The notes beneath the pieces were generated by a model. The model saw nothing but the letters and a program-made list of their open reading frames with translations, was not told the origin of the DNA and ran no database searches. The translations under genes were made by a program, and so were the position numbers. This document shows positions 1 to 8,125 of a DNA stretch of 20,959 nt, one piece after another. This DNA is from Candidatus Krumholzibacteriia bacterium (GTDB taxonomy: Bacteria > Krumholzibacteriota > Krumholzibacteriia > WVZY01), in contig JAZGDW010000175.1 of assembly GCA_036478295.1 (NCBI GenBank), forward strand, positions 1 through 20,959, in the 5' to 3' direction. The stretch's first letter is position 1. Each line of letters opens with the position of its first letter.

Positions 1-2
1 TC

Positions 3-218
3 CATACTTTCGCCACTCGCCTTGTTTGCCTGGGGGTCGATCTCGTCACTGTCAAACAACTCATGGGTCATGCCGACATTTCCACGACCATGGAATACAC
101 GCATCCTAGCCCTCCCCACAAACGAGACGCCGTCGCGCGGCTAGACTCGCCTCAACAGGCCCCTCAATCCTTGGATGCTCTTTATCCCAGCCAGAACGGA
201 AGTGTAAGAAAAGTGTAA
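3..218 (+). CDS. Tyrosine recombinase/phage integrase, C-terminal fragment (5' part outside window)
   Basis: Not in ORF track. Manual translation from nt 3: [49 protein letters not shown]...SVRKV* (TAA 216-218). Matches integrase box II (HTFAT..L...G.DL..V..L.GH....TT..YTH) including the catalytic Tyr. Confidence 0.93.
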   Translation, partial: HTFATRLVCLGVDLVTVKQLMGHADISTTMEYTHPSPPHKRDAVARLDSPQQAPQSLDALYPSQNGSVRKV

Positions 219-222
219 TATG
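200..222 (+). repeat. Left copy of tandem AGTGTAA repeat, putative integrase arm-type sites
   Basis: AAGTGTAAGAAAAGTGTAATATG; nearly identical to 443-466. Confidence 0.7.
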
Positions 223-268
223 GGGGTATGGAGTAGAAGTCGCAGATCGCGTAAGTCTTTGAAAAATA

Positions 269-322
269 TGGAGCTGGTGTGCGGATTCGAACCGCAGACC
301 TGCTCATTACGAATGAGCTGCT
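269..322 (-). mobile_element. att core: 3' fragment of tRNA-Thr(CGT), not an intact tRNA
   Basis: Reverse complement reads AGC-A-GCTCA-TTCGTAA-TGAGC-AGGTC-TGCGG-TTCGAAT-CCGCA-CACCAGC-T-CCA: anticodon arm (CGT), T arm, acceptor 3' strand and CCA. The D loop and 5' acceptor strand (expected caccagc on + near 338-345) are absent. Confidence 0.88.
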
Positions 323-442
323 ACTAGATCAGGTAACTTACTGCGAATTGGCTAATTACGGAATTAGTAAAGGAGTTGCAGTGAAGCTACACTTGCACAT
401 TGTCGAGTATTCTCGCGCATTGTTGCGGGTGTTATACAGTGA

Positions 443-466
443 AAGTGTAAGAAGAAGTGTAATATG
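443..466 (+). repeat. Right copy of tandem AGTGTAA repeat, putative integrase arm-type sites
   Basis: AAGTGTAAGAAGAAGTGTAATATG; differs from 200-222 by one inserted G. An inverted AAGTGTA lies at 388-394. Confidence 0.7.
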
Positions 467-693
467 AGAAGCGCCGTTGCTATCGAAGTGTCCCGGGCGT
501 GCGAAAGAGGGTTCGAGTCCTACCCGGGTCCCCTTATGTGCCAGTGTTCGAACTAGGATGGGACCTGCCGAAGTCCTCTCTTTCTCCGTCACTTACACAG
601 CCACCCGCATCGGACGGAGCCGGATCGAATACCGGAGGAAAGACGTAGCATGCGGATAGCGACGGACAATCTGGCTCGCCGAGTGTGCCAGGT

Positions 694-1017
694 CTATCGG
701 GCGCGGGCCAGCCCCTTGGAAATTCGCTTGATCAGCAGTCCCGCGATGCCCCACACCAAGGGAAGCCAAGAAGGAACTGATTTTTCTGCCGCTCCGTAGG
801 CCCAGGCCCCGCGCGAGACTGCCAAGAGGTCGGCCAGCGTTCCGAGAAGAGCCGCCACCAGATAGACAGCCAGGTCGGCGCGCGTGTGCCACCGGATGAG
901 CATGATTCCCATAATGCCGATGCAGGTCAAGAAAAGGACCCCGGGGCGCTGCCACAGCAGGCTCACCGCCGCGACAGACCCGATGTAGATCACCAAGCCG
1001 AAAAAGATGTCTCTCAT
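694..1017 (-). CDS. Small multi-pass membrane protein, DUF2878-like
   Basis: MRDIFFGLVIYIGSVAAVSLLW...LLGTLADLLAVSRGAWAY...PSWLPLVWG; about 4 hydrophobic segments and a P-x-W-L-x-x-x-W motif. Start placed at ATG 1017 (track start 1092 is possible). Confidence 0.7.
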   Translation of the reverse strand: MRDIFFGLVIYIGSVAAVSLLWQRPGVLFLTCIGIMGIMLIRWHTRADLAVYLVAALLGTLADLLAVSRGAWAYGAAEKSVPSWLPLVWGIAGLLIKRISKGLARAR

Positions 1018-1084
1018 GTTCTTCGAAGCACCGGCAGCGCATATAGTTGCATCGCGCTCACCTGCAATAGTGAACTCGCATCCG

Positions 1085-1606
1085 TTACGCAAAGCGCCTC
1101 ACGATCTCGCCGGCGACCGAGTCGCGGTTGCGTGTCGTGAGCCCGAGCAACTCGACATCCGGCCGCTGTTTGACCTCGGCGATCAGTCCGCTCCCCTGAC
1201 GGGCAACCGTCGCGAGGACGCGTGTTCCCGAATCCAGGATCCGTCGCACCAGCGACCGGAATCTCTGGGAGAAGCACTCCATCTTCCCGATCTCGTCAAT
1301 CATAACCAGGCCGGTGCCCGGTCCAGGCCATTGAATGGTGTCGAGAAACCGGTCGAAGCCCTCGACATCCACGCCGTACTTGCCCACGCGGTGCGGGCCG
1401 CTAATGTCCACGTGAGACAACAGGCCCCGTCGGCCGTCGAGACTCACCAGCTCGAAGCCCTTCCGTGCGCCCCGTTCCCGGATCTCGGCGGTGTAGAAGC
1501 CCACGGGACGCCGGTGGGCGAGGTCGGCGGCGACCTTGCGGATCAGTGTCGTCTTGCCGACGCCGGGTGGCCCACTGACCAGGATGCGGTATTCGCTCCG
1601 GTCTAT
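1085..1606 (-). CDS. Nucleoside-triphosphatase, THEP1/NTPase_1 family
   Basis: Track ORF 1085-1504 has GFYTAEIRE.G.R.GF, VGKYGVD and the Walker B region VMIDEIGKME. In-frame upstream extension gives IDRSEYRILVSGPPGVGKTTLIRKV (Walker A). The only well-placed start is ATA 1606-1604. Confidence 0.88.
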   Translation of the reverse strand: MDRSEYRILVSGPPGVGKTTLIRKVAADLAHRRPVGFYTAEIRERGARKGFELVSLDGRRGLLSHVDISGPHRVGKYGVDVEGFDRFLDTIQWPGPGTGLVMIDEIGKMECFSQRFRSLVRRILDSGTRVLATVARQGSGLIAEVKQRPDVELLGLTTRNRDSVAGEIVRRFA

Positions 1607-2214
1607 CTCTGGTACCTGCCCGCAAGTTGCCCCTGCGCGAGGACGTGTCCCTTCATGGCCTTCTCAAGATCCTTCTTCTTCGCACCGGGCTTCAGGTCGA
1701 GCTCGGAGTCGAGTGCGTACAACTTGAAGAAGTAGCGGTGGGGCTTCCCGGGCGGAGGGCACGGGCCACCGTAGCCGATCCGCTTGAAATCGTTCTTGCC
1801 TTGCAACGCAACGTCTTCGACGATCTCATCCGTCGGTACACCTTCCGGAAGCGAGGTTGTGTCGGCAGGGAGACCATAGAGCACCCAGTGCACCCAGGTT
1901 CCCATGGGAGCGTCGGGGTCGTCGCAGATTAGTGCGAGGCTCTTCGTGCCCTCGGGCACATTGGACCACTCGAGGGGCGGCGAGACACCGGCCCCATCGC
2001 ACGTAAACTTCGATGGAATTGTCCCCCCGTCTTCGAAGGCAGGGCTGGTCAGTTCGAGTGTCATGCGCAACTCTCCTTCTTTCGACCCACCGCCAGCACA
2101 CTGCACGAGTACCATCGCTGGTATCGCGCCAAGGAGCAGCATCAATCGCGCGAAGCTTCTGTCTCTGGAAAGCAGATTGCTCTTGAGGTTCACTTGACTG
2201 AGTGGATCGGTCAT
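1603..2214 (-). CDS. YbhB/YbcL family Raf kinase inhibitor-like (PEBP) protein
   Basis: Motifs LTSPAF..G..IP, SPPLEW, DDPDAP.GTWVHWV, GYGGPCPP, HRYFFKLYALD. Alternative start at ATG 2064. Confidence 0.95.
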   Translation of the reverse strand: MTDPLSQVNLKSNLLSRDRSFARLMLLLGAIPAMVLVQCAGGGSKEGELRMTLELTSPAFEDGGTIPSKFTCDGAGVSPPLEWSNVPEGTKSLALICDDPDAPMGTWVHWVLYGLPADTTSLPEGVPTDEIVEDVALQGKNDFKRIGYGGPCPPPGKPHRYFFKLYALDSELDLKPGAKKKDLEKAMKGHVLAQGQLAGRYQR

Positions 2215-2441
2215 TTCTCATCCCCCGTCTTGCGCATGCATTGTACCAGATTCTAGGAACGGACGCGTGAGCCCTTCGACAATAACGCAGAAGAGCTTCA
2301 CTCAAAACGGCTGGCTCCCCAAAGTGGACTAGAACTCTCTCTTGAATCAGGGCTGATTCGCGCCATAAGGCGTGCGTCCCCTAGACATCCCCGCACAAAC
2401 CCACCCTCCGAAGAATCTGCTGGCCACCGCGAAACCTATTG

Positions 2442-2479
2442 ATTATACTTCCGTATAATTAGTGACTAGGGGTCATTAA
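2442..2479. promoter_or_regulatory. Divergent intergenic control region with two inverted repeats (candidate TetR operator and -10 boxes)
   Basis: ATTATAC-TTCC-GTATAAT (2442-2459, perfect IR giving TATAAT on both strands) and TTAGTGAC-TAGGG-GTCATTAA (2459-2479, one mismatch), 65 bp upstream of tetR. Confidence 0.55.
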
Positions 2480-2544
2480 AGAGTCATATATAGATCATAA
2501 CGAGCTATACTCCATTATAACCCATATAGTTACCTAAGGAAAGC

Positions 2545-3207
2545 ATGGGCATCCCCGAAAGACGAGAGCGCGAGAAGGAGCGGCGGCGCGTCGACATCAT
2601 CGACGCCGCCGAGAAGGTGTTTTTCTCCAAGGGCATCGGCCAGGCGACGATGCACGACGTAGCGGAGGCGGCCGAGTTGAGCAAGGGCACGCTCTACCTC
2701 TATTTCAAGAACAAGGAAGATCTCTACCTGGCCATCATCCTGCGAGGGATGGCCATCCTGCAGGCTGGGTTCGAGGCGGCAGTGAAATCCACGGAGAAGG
2801 GGATCGACAAGGTGGCCGCCATCGGGCGGGCGTATTTTGATTTCTGCGACAACCACCCCGATTACGTGAACGCAATGCTCCATTACGAATCACGGGACGC
2901 GGCGGCGGACCCGTCCGGTTACGCGTCCGAGTGCAACGCCCAGGGCAAGGACATAACGGCGACGTGCGCGAGGGCGGTGCAGTCCGGGATCGAAGACGGC
3001 AGTATCCGCGGCGACGTGGATCCGGTAAGAACGGCGCTCACCCTTTGGGGTTTGTCGACGGGCGTGGTGCAGATCATCGCGACAAAGGGAGAAATGATCA
3101 AGGAATTACACGGCATCGACCCGCAGGATTTGACGGAGACGTTTTTCGATTTGATCAACCGGGCGCTGAACCCTGACGGTCCCGCCGGGCGCGGCGGGAC
3201 ACGGTGA
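2545..3207 (+). CDS. TetR/AcrR family transcriptional regulator
   Basis: N-terminal HTH: IIDAAEKVFFSKG...ATMHDVAEAAELSKGTLYLYFKNKEDL; SD AAGGA upstream. Confidence 0.96.
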   Translation: MGIPERREREKERRRVDIIDAAEKVFFSKGIGQATMHDVAEAAELSKGTLYLYFKNKEDLYLAIILRGMAILQAGFEAAVKSTEKGIDKVAAIGRAYFDFCDNHPDYVNAMLHYESRDAAADPSGYASECNAQGKDITATCARAVQSGIEDGSIRGDVDPVRTALTLWGLSTGVVQIIATKGEMIKELHGIDPQDLTETFFDLINRALNPDGPAGRGGTR

Positions 3208-3222
3208 ACGAGTGAGGGAACA

Positions 3223-4719
3223 GTGGACTACAAACAAGGTAGGTGTGGAATGATGTTTCGGGTGTGTTTCGCAACCCTGATAATCGCCGTAATCGCCCAG
3301 AGCAGTTACGCACAAACCGTTTCCTTGGAAGAATACCTGGAGAAAGTACGGATCAACCATCCCTTCTTCGCCAAGGAAGCGTTGCAGACCGATATCGAAA
3401 AGCTGGGTCGTGACCGCTTTCTCGGCGTCCAGGACTGGGCGGTCAATTCTTCCGAGAGGGCGTCCTACCAGAAGACCGTCATCAACAGTACGTTTGCGCC
3501 GGACCGGGTGTACACGCTGGACGGAACGGCGTCGGTGGACCGTATCTTCTGGAATAGCGGCGGTCGTTTCTCGCTGACCTGGCAGTCGATCCTGTCCGAC
3601 CAGTCTCTGCCGGGTATCAGTGTGCCGGGCCCGGGCGGCACGACCATCGAGGTTCCCACGGGGGCCTCGCGTTTCTACGAGAACCGGGTCATCGCTAGCT
3701 ATTCGTACCCGCTGCTGCAGAACCGCGGCGGCGAGCTGGATCGTCTCGAATACGAACTGGCCGAGTTCAACATCGACTTCTCCGAAGTGCAGGCGCTGGA
3801 GAACCAGGAGAACTTCCTGCTCGATGTTGGTTTGCGTTTTGTCGACTGGGTGCGGGCGGTCGAGCAGAGCCGCATCGCGCGCGACCGCCTGAGGCTCGCA
3901 GAAGAGCAGCGTGCGCAGACCCTGCGCAAACGCCGCGTGAACCTCGTGGACAAAGTGGACGTGCTGCGGGCCGATGACGCCGTGCAGATCGACAAGGAAG
4001 TTCTCGTCCTGAACCAGTCGAGGGAGCGCGCCGTGCTGGCCGTGCTGGCCGTGCTGGCGCAGGACCCGGAGATGACCGGCGGCTCACCCGACATGGATCT
4101 GTACCAGCTCGAAGACATCCCCGCCATAGAGGACGCGGTCCGGCGCGTCCACGATCAACGGGTCGTCGAGACCTTGCGCATCCGGCTGCAGCAGGTCAAA
4201 CGCCAGCAGAAAGGCATGGACGATCTCGCCCGGCCGCAGCTTTTCCTTAGCGTGAGCGGGGGACTACAGGAAGGCGACGAGGATTTCGTCGACGCGCTGG
4301 GGCTCAGCAAGCCGGACATCGGAGTCGCGCTGGATTTTCGGTATCCGCTCGGCAACCGTACCGCTCGCGCGGACGTCGCCCAATCCCAGCTGCAGATACG
4401 CCAGCTCGAGAAGGAGATCGAGAACGTGTCGCTGAACCTAGAATCAGAGCTCCGCAGCTTGTGGATTCAGATTACGGAGCTGGTGGTGGTCCTCGAATTG
4501 AACAAGGAGCAGATCGAGACGGCGCGCAAGAAGACCCGTGAGGAAAAGCGCCTCTATGACCAGGGCCGCGGTGAGCTGACGTTCGTAATCCAGAGCCAGG
4601 ACAGCGAGGCGCTGGCCGAGCTGCGCTACGCGGTAAACGCTGCCACCTACCACCAGCTGGTGTTGGGTTACCGGGCCATCCTGGACGAGCTGCTGCCGAC
4701 ACCGCAGGTCGTGCAGTAG
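3223..4719 (+). CDS. TolC/outer membrane efflux (OEP) family protein
   Basis: Signal peptide ending SSYA/QT, two OEP-like repeats (YSYPLLQN..., FRYPLGNRTARA..., EEKRLYDQGR), located next to an RND gene. Start may be ATG 3250/3253. Confidence 0.88.
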   Translation: MDYKQGRCGMMFRVCFATLIIAVIAQSSYAQTVSLEEYLEKVRINHPFFAKEALQTDIEKLGRDRFLGVQDWAVNSSERASYQKTVINSTFAPDRVYTLDGTASVDRIFWNSGGRFSLTWQSILSDQSLPGISVPGPGGTTIEVPTGASRFYENRVIASYSYPLLQNRGGELDRLEYELAEFNIDFSEVQALENQENFLLDVGLRFVDWVRAVEQSRIARDRLRLAEEQRAQTLRKRRVNLVDKVDVLRADDAVQIDKEVLVLNQSRERAVLAVLAVLAQDPEMTGGSPDMDLYQLEDIPAIEDAVRRVHDQRVVETLRIRLQQVKRQQKGMDDLARPQLFLSVSGGLQEGDEDFVDALGLSKPDIGVALDFRYPLGNRTARADVAQSQLQIRQLEKEIENVSLNLESELRSLWIQITELVVVLELNKEQIETARKKTREEKRLYDQGRGELTFVIQSQDSEALAELRYAVNAATYHQLVLGYRAILDELLPTPQVVQ

Positions 4720-4731
4720 GCACCCGTGGGC

Positions 4732-4763
4732 GCCGTGCCTGCTGAACGTTTGACAGGCACGGC
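4732..4763. repeat. Intergenic hairpin between tolC and the RND gene
   Basis: GCCGTGCCTG-N12-CAGGCACGGC, 10-bp perfect stem with no U-tract. Confidence 0.6.
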
Positions 4764-4795
4764 AGCGCGGACGAACAAGAACAGACGAACGAACC

Positions 4796-7700
4796 ATGAG
4801 AACATTCTTTAGATTTTTTGCCAGGCGACATCTTCTCGCCACGGTGATCACCTTGATGACGATCCTGTTGGGTCTCAACACACTGGTGCACATCAAACGC
4901 GACGTGTTCCCGTCCGTGGACTTTGGCGAGTTGATTATCACTACCGTGTATCCCGGCGCGTCGCCCGAAGATGTCGAGCTCAACGTCACCAACAAGATAG
5001 AGGACGAATTGAAAGAGGTGACGGGGATAGACCGCATGACGTCGGTCTCCATGGAGAACATCTCGGTGCTGGACGTCATCATCGACCCGGACCTGCACGA
5101 CCAGGACGACGTCAAGCGGGAGATTCGCGACGCGGTGAACCGTATCACCGACTTTCCCGAGGCGGTGGACGAAGCGCCCAATATTTTCGAGGTCACTACG
5201 GCGGTGTTCCCCGTCGTCGAGGTGGGGCTCTCGGGAGACATCCCGTACCGCGAGCTCAGAGAGCACGCAAAGCGGTTCGAAAAAAAGCTCAAGGACCTGC
5301 CGGGAGTGGCCAGGGTGGACCGCTACGGATACCGCGACCGCGAGATCCAGGTGGAAGTGTCGCCGGAGGCCATGCGGCGATACCAGATTCCGCTGCGCGA
5401 AATCATAAACGCCATCGCCAGCCGCAACATCCGCGCCACCGGCGGCACGTTCGAATCTTACACCAGCGAGAAGACAGTCGTGACCCTGGCGCAGTTCCGC
5501 GATCCGCTGGAAGTCGGCGACGTCATCGTCCGCTCCACTTTCGACGGGCCGCTCATCAAGATTCATGATCTAGCGATCGTAAAGGATGATTTCGAGGACG
5601 AACGTATCATCTCGCGCATGAACGGCCGCCCGAGCATTTCCTTCATCGTCAACAAGAAGGAAACGGCGGACGTGATCCGCACCGTGGATTCGATCAGGGA
5701 CCTGGTCGAGGAGATGAACGGCAGCCTGCCGGAGGGTGTCGAGGTCCTCTACTCGGCCGACCAGTCCTTCTACGTCCGCAACCGTTTGAAAGTCGTCTCC
5801 AACAACGGCTGGATCGGACTGGGCCTGGTCCTGCTCATGCTGAGCCTTTTCCTCAACATGCGCAGCGCCTTCTGGGTCGCGATGGGCATACCGGTCACGG
5901 TCTTGGGTGTGGTGTTCATGCTGCCGCTGTTCGATTCCTATCTGGACGTGATCGCGCTCGCGGCGATGGTCCAGGTGATCGGCATCGTCGTCGACGACGG
6001 TATCATTATTGCCGAAAACATACACAAACACCGCGAGAGGGGCGTGCCACCGCTGCAGGCCGCCGTGGACGGCATCAGCGAGGTCTTCTGGCCGGTGTTC
6101 ACCACGATCCTCACCACGTTTATCGCGTTCGCCCCGATGTTCTTCATGTCGGGCATCATGGGCAAGTTCGTCTTCGTCATTCCGCTCGTCATGTCGCTCG
6201 CGCTCTTCATCTCACTCTTCGAGGCGATGGTCGCGCTGCCCGCGCACCTCATTATGGGGCTGCGGGAAAATGGCGCCGCGATGGCCAGGCGGTCGCGGGG
6301 GTGGTTCGACCGCGTGCGCAGTTTCTACAAAGCATCCATGCGTCACGTGTTGCGGCTGCGGTACCTGGTGCTTGCGGCGGCCGTGGCCTCGCTGGCGACG
6401 TGCTTGTGGTACGCAGTGACGTTCATGGACTTCGTGCTTTTTCCGACGAGCACGGCAGACACGTTTTTCCTGCTCGTGGAAACGCCGACGGGGACGTCAC
6501 TGCAGGCGACATCGCGCAAAGTGCAGGAACTGGAGAAACTCGTAGCAGCCCTGCCCAAGGAAGAGTTGCAGTCATTCGTCACCCGCGTGGGGACGCAGGG
6601 CGATTTTTCGCCGGGCGAAAACGAAAACTGGGCCATCATCGGCGTGAACCTGACGCCGTACGACCATCGCTCGCGGGCGGCCGACGAAATCGTGGAGGAC
6701 CTCCGGGCCCAAAGCAACCAGATCGACGGTTTCGACAAGATCGTGTATTTCATCGACGCCGGCGGGCCGCCGGTGGGAAGACCGATTACGCTGCGGGTGG
6801 TCGGCAGCGACGACGAGATGCGTGTGGCACTGGCCGATTCGGTGGAAGCGTTTCTCGAGGGCTTCAGCGGAGCCAAGGACATCGACCGCAACGACAAACG
6901 GGGCAAGGATCAGGTCGAGATCAAGATCGACTACGACAAGCTGGCCCGTGTCGGACTCACAGTCGCCGATATCGCACAGAACGCGCGTTTTGCCTATGAC
7001 GGTGAAGTGGTGACGGACGTCCGGTACGGCGATGAAGACGTGGATTTCCGGGTGCAGCTGCAGGAGCGCGCGCGGGGCAATCCAAAGTTCCTGCGCGAGT
7101 TGCTCGTACCCAACGAACGCGGCCGCATGATCCCGCTGAGGGATGTGGCGAGACTCGAGACCGGCCCCGGCCCGTCGAATTACTACCATTTCGACGGGGA
7201 CCGGGCCGTGACCGTTACCGCGGACTTCGTCAAGGGTGTCACCACGCCGCTCAAGGTGACCAAAGCGGTGGTCGAGCACTTCGATCTGGAGGAGGATTGG
7301 CCGGCGATGCGCTTCGTGATCGGCGGCGAAGCGGAAGAAACACAGCGATCGATGCAGAGCCTTTTTCGCGCGTTCATGATCGCCATCATCGGCATTTACT
7401 TCGTGCTGATGCTCCTCTTCAATTCGCCGATGCAGCCGTTCATGGTCATGGTCGCCATTCCCTTCGGTATCATGGGGGTAATCATCGCGTTTGTCGCGCA
7501 CGGCCAGGACATTGGCTTCCTGGCGATGATGGGTCTCGTGGGACTGAGCGGAATCGTCGTCAATGATTCGCTGGTGCTCGTCAACCACATCAACACCCTC
7601 AGGCGCAACTCACCCGAGACAAACATCCGGGAGATTGTCCTTCAAGGCGCCGCCGACCGGCTGCGCCCGGTGTTGCTGACGACGGTGACCACCGTCGTCG

Positions 7701-7888
7701 GTCTCCTGCCGCTGGCCTACGGCATCGGCGGGTCCGACCCCTTCATCGCGCCCATGGCGCTGGCACTGGGGTACGGTATCCTCTTCGCGTCGCCCCTCAC
7801 CCTGGGGCTCGTGCCCGCCCTCTACCTCATCGCGGAGGACGTACGCCATATTTTCAGACGCCGGCACAGGGAACCCGCGGCGGCCTAG
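4796..7888 (+). CDS. Efflux RND transporter permease subunit (AcrB/AcrD/AcrF family)
   Basis: 1030 aa; YPGASPEDVE, TM4 GIVVDDGIIIAENI, TM10 GIVVNDSLVLV, RLRPVLLTT. Confidence 0.97.
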   Translation: MRTFFRFFARRHLLATVITLMTILLGLNTLVHIKRDVFPSVDFGELIITTVYPGASPEDVELNVTNKIEDELKEVTGIDRMTSVSMENISVLDVIIDPDLHDQDDVKREIRDAVNRITDFPEAVDEAPNIFEVTTAVFPVVEVGLSGDIPYRELREHAKRFEKKLKDLPGVARVDRYGYRDREIQVEVSPEAMRRYQIPLREIINAIASRNIRATGGTFESYTSEKTVVTLAQFRDPLEVGDVIVRSTFDGPLIKIHDLAIVKDDFEDERIISRMNGRPSISFIVNKKETADVIRTVDSIRDLVEEMNGSLPEGVEVLYSADQSFYVRNRLKVVSNNGWIGLGLVLLMLSLFLNMRSAFWVAMGIPVTVLGVVFMLPLFDSYLDVIALAAMVQVIGIVVDDGIIIAENIHKHRERGVPPLQAAVDGISEVFWPVFTTILTTFIAFAPMFFMSGIMGKFVFVIPLVMSLALFISLFEAMVALPAHLIMGLRENGAAMARRSRGWFDRVRSFYKASMRHVLRLRYLVLAAAVASLATCLWYAVTFMDFVLFPTSTADTFFLLVETPTGTSLQATSRKVQELEKLVAALPKEELQSFVTRVGTQGDFSPGENENWAIIGVNLTPYDHRSRAADEIVEDLRAQSNQIDGFDKIVYFIDAGGPPVGRPITLRVVGSDDEMRVALADSVEAFLEGFSGAKDIDRNDKRGKDQVEIKIDYDKLARVGLTVADIAQNARFAYDGEVVTDVRYGDEDVDFRVQLQERARGNPKFLRELLVPNERGRMIPLRDVARLETGPGPSNYYHFDGDRAVTVTADFVKGVTTPLKVTKAVVEHFDLEEDWPAMRFVIGGEAEETQRSMQSLFRAFMIAIIGIYFVLMLLFNSPMQPFMVMVAIPFGIMGVIIAFVAHGQDIGFLAMMGLVGLSGIVVNDSLVLVNHINTLRRNSPETNIREIVLQGAADRLRPVLLTTVTTVVGLLPLAYGIGGSDPFIAPMALALGYGILFASPLTLGLVPALYLIAEDVRHIFRRRHREPAAA

Positions 7889-7986
7889 CGGCCACGATCC
7901 GCTGCCGCTTGACACTCACAACCCGCCGCCACAAACGGCCCCGACCACCTGGGCACGACGACGTGGCCACGGTGATTTTTCTCGAC

Positions 7987-8015
7987 TTGATAGCCCCCGT
8001 ATATCCTGTTATTCT
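7987..8015 (+). promoter_or_regulatory. Putative sigma70 promoter
   Basis: TTGATA (7987-7992), 17 bp spacer, TATTCT (8010-8015), with extended -10 TG at 8007-8008. Confidence 0.5.
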
Positions 8016-8125
8016 GCCGTCTTTGAGCCCACACCCTCGGGGATCAGGATCCTGTCCGACCCCTGTGGGAGTTCTGCCCTGCTCGGTATTTCCCCACGAA
8101 AACGTCCACAGAGGAGGTGGCGGTC

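Noticed and set aside
269..345. Functional tRNA-Thr(CGT) gene
   Set aside because: D loop and 5' acceptor strand are missing; similarity stops at about nt 322.
279..659. Short ORFs 279-467, 356-592 and 477-659
   Set aside because: They run through the tRNA fragment and att arms, with no recognisable motifs.
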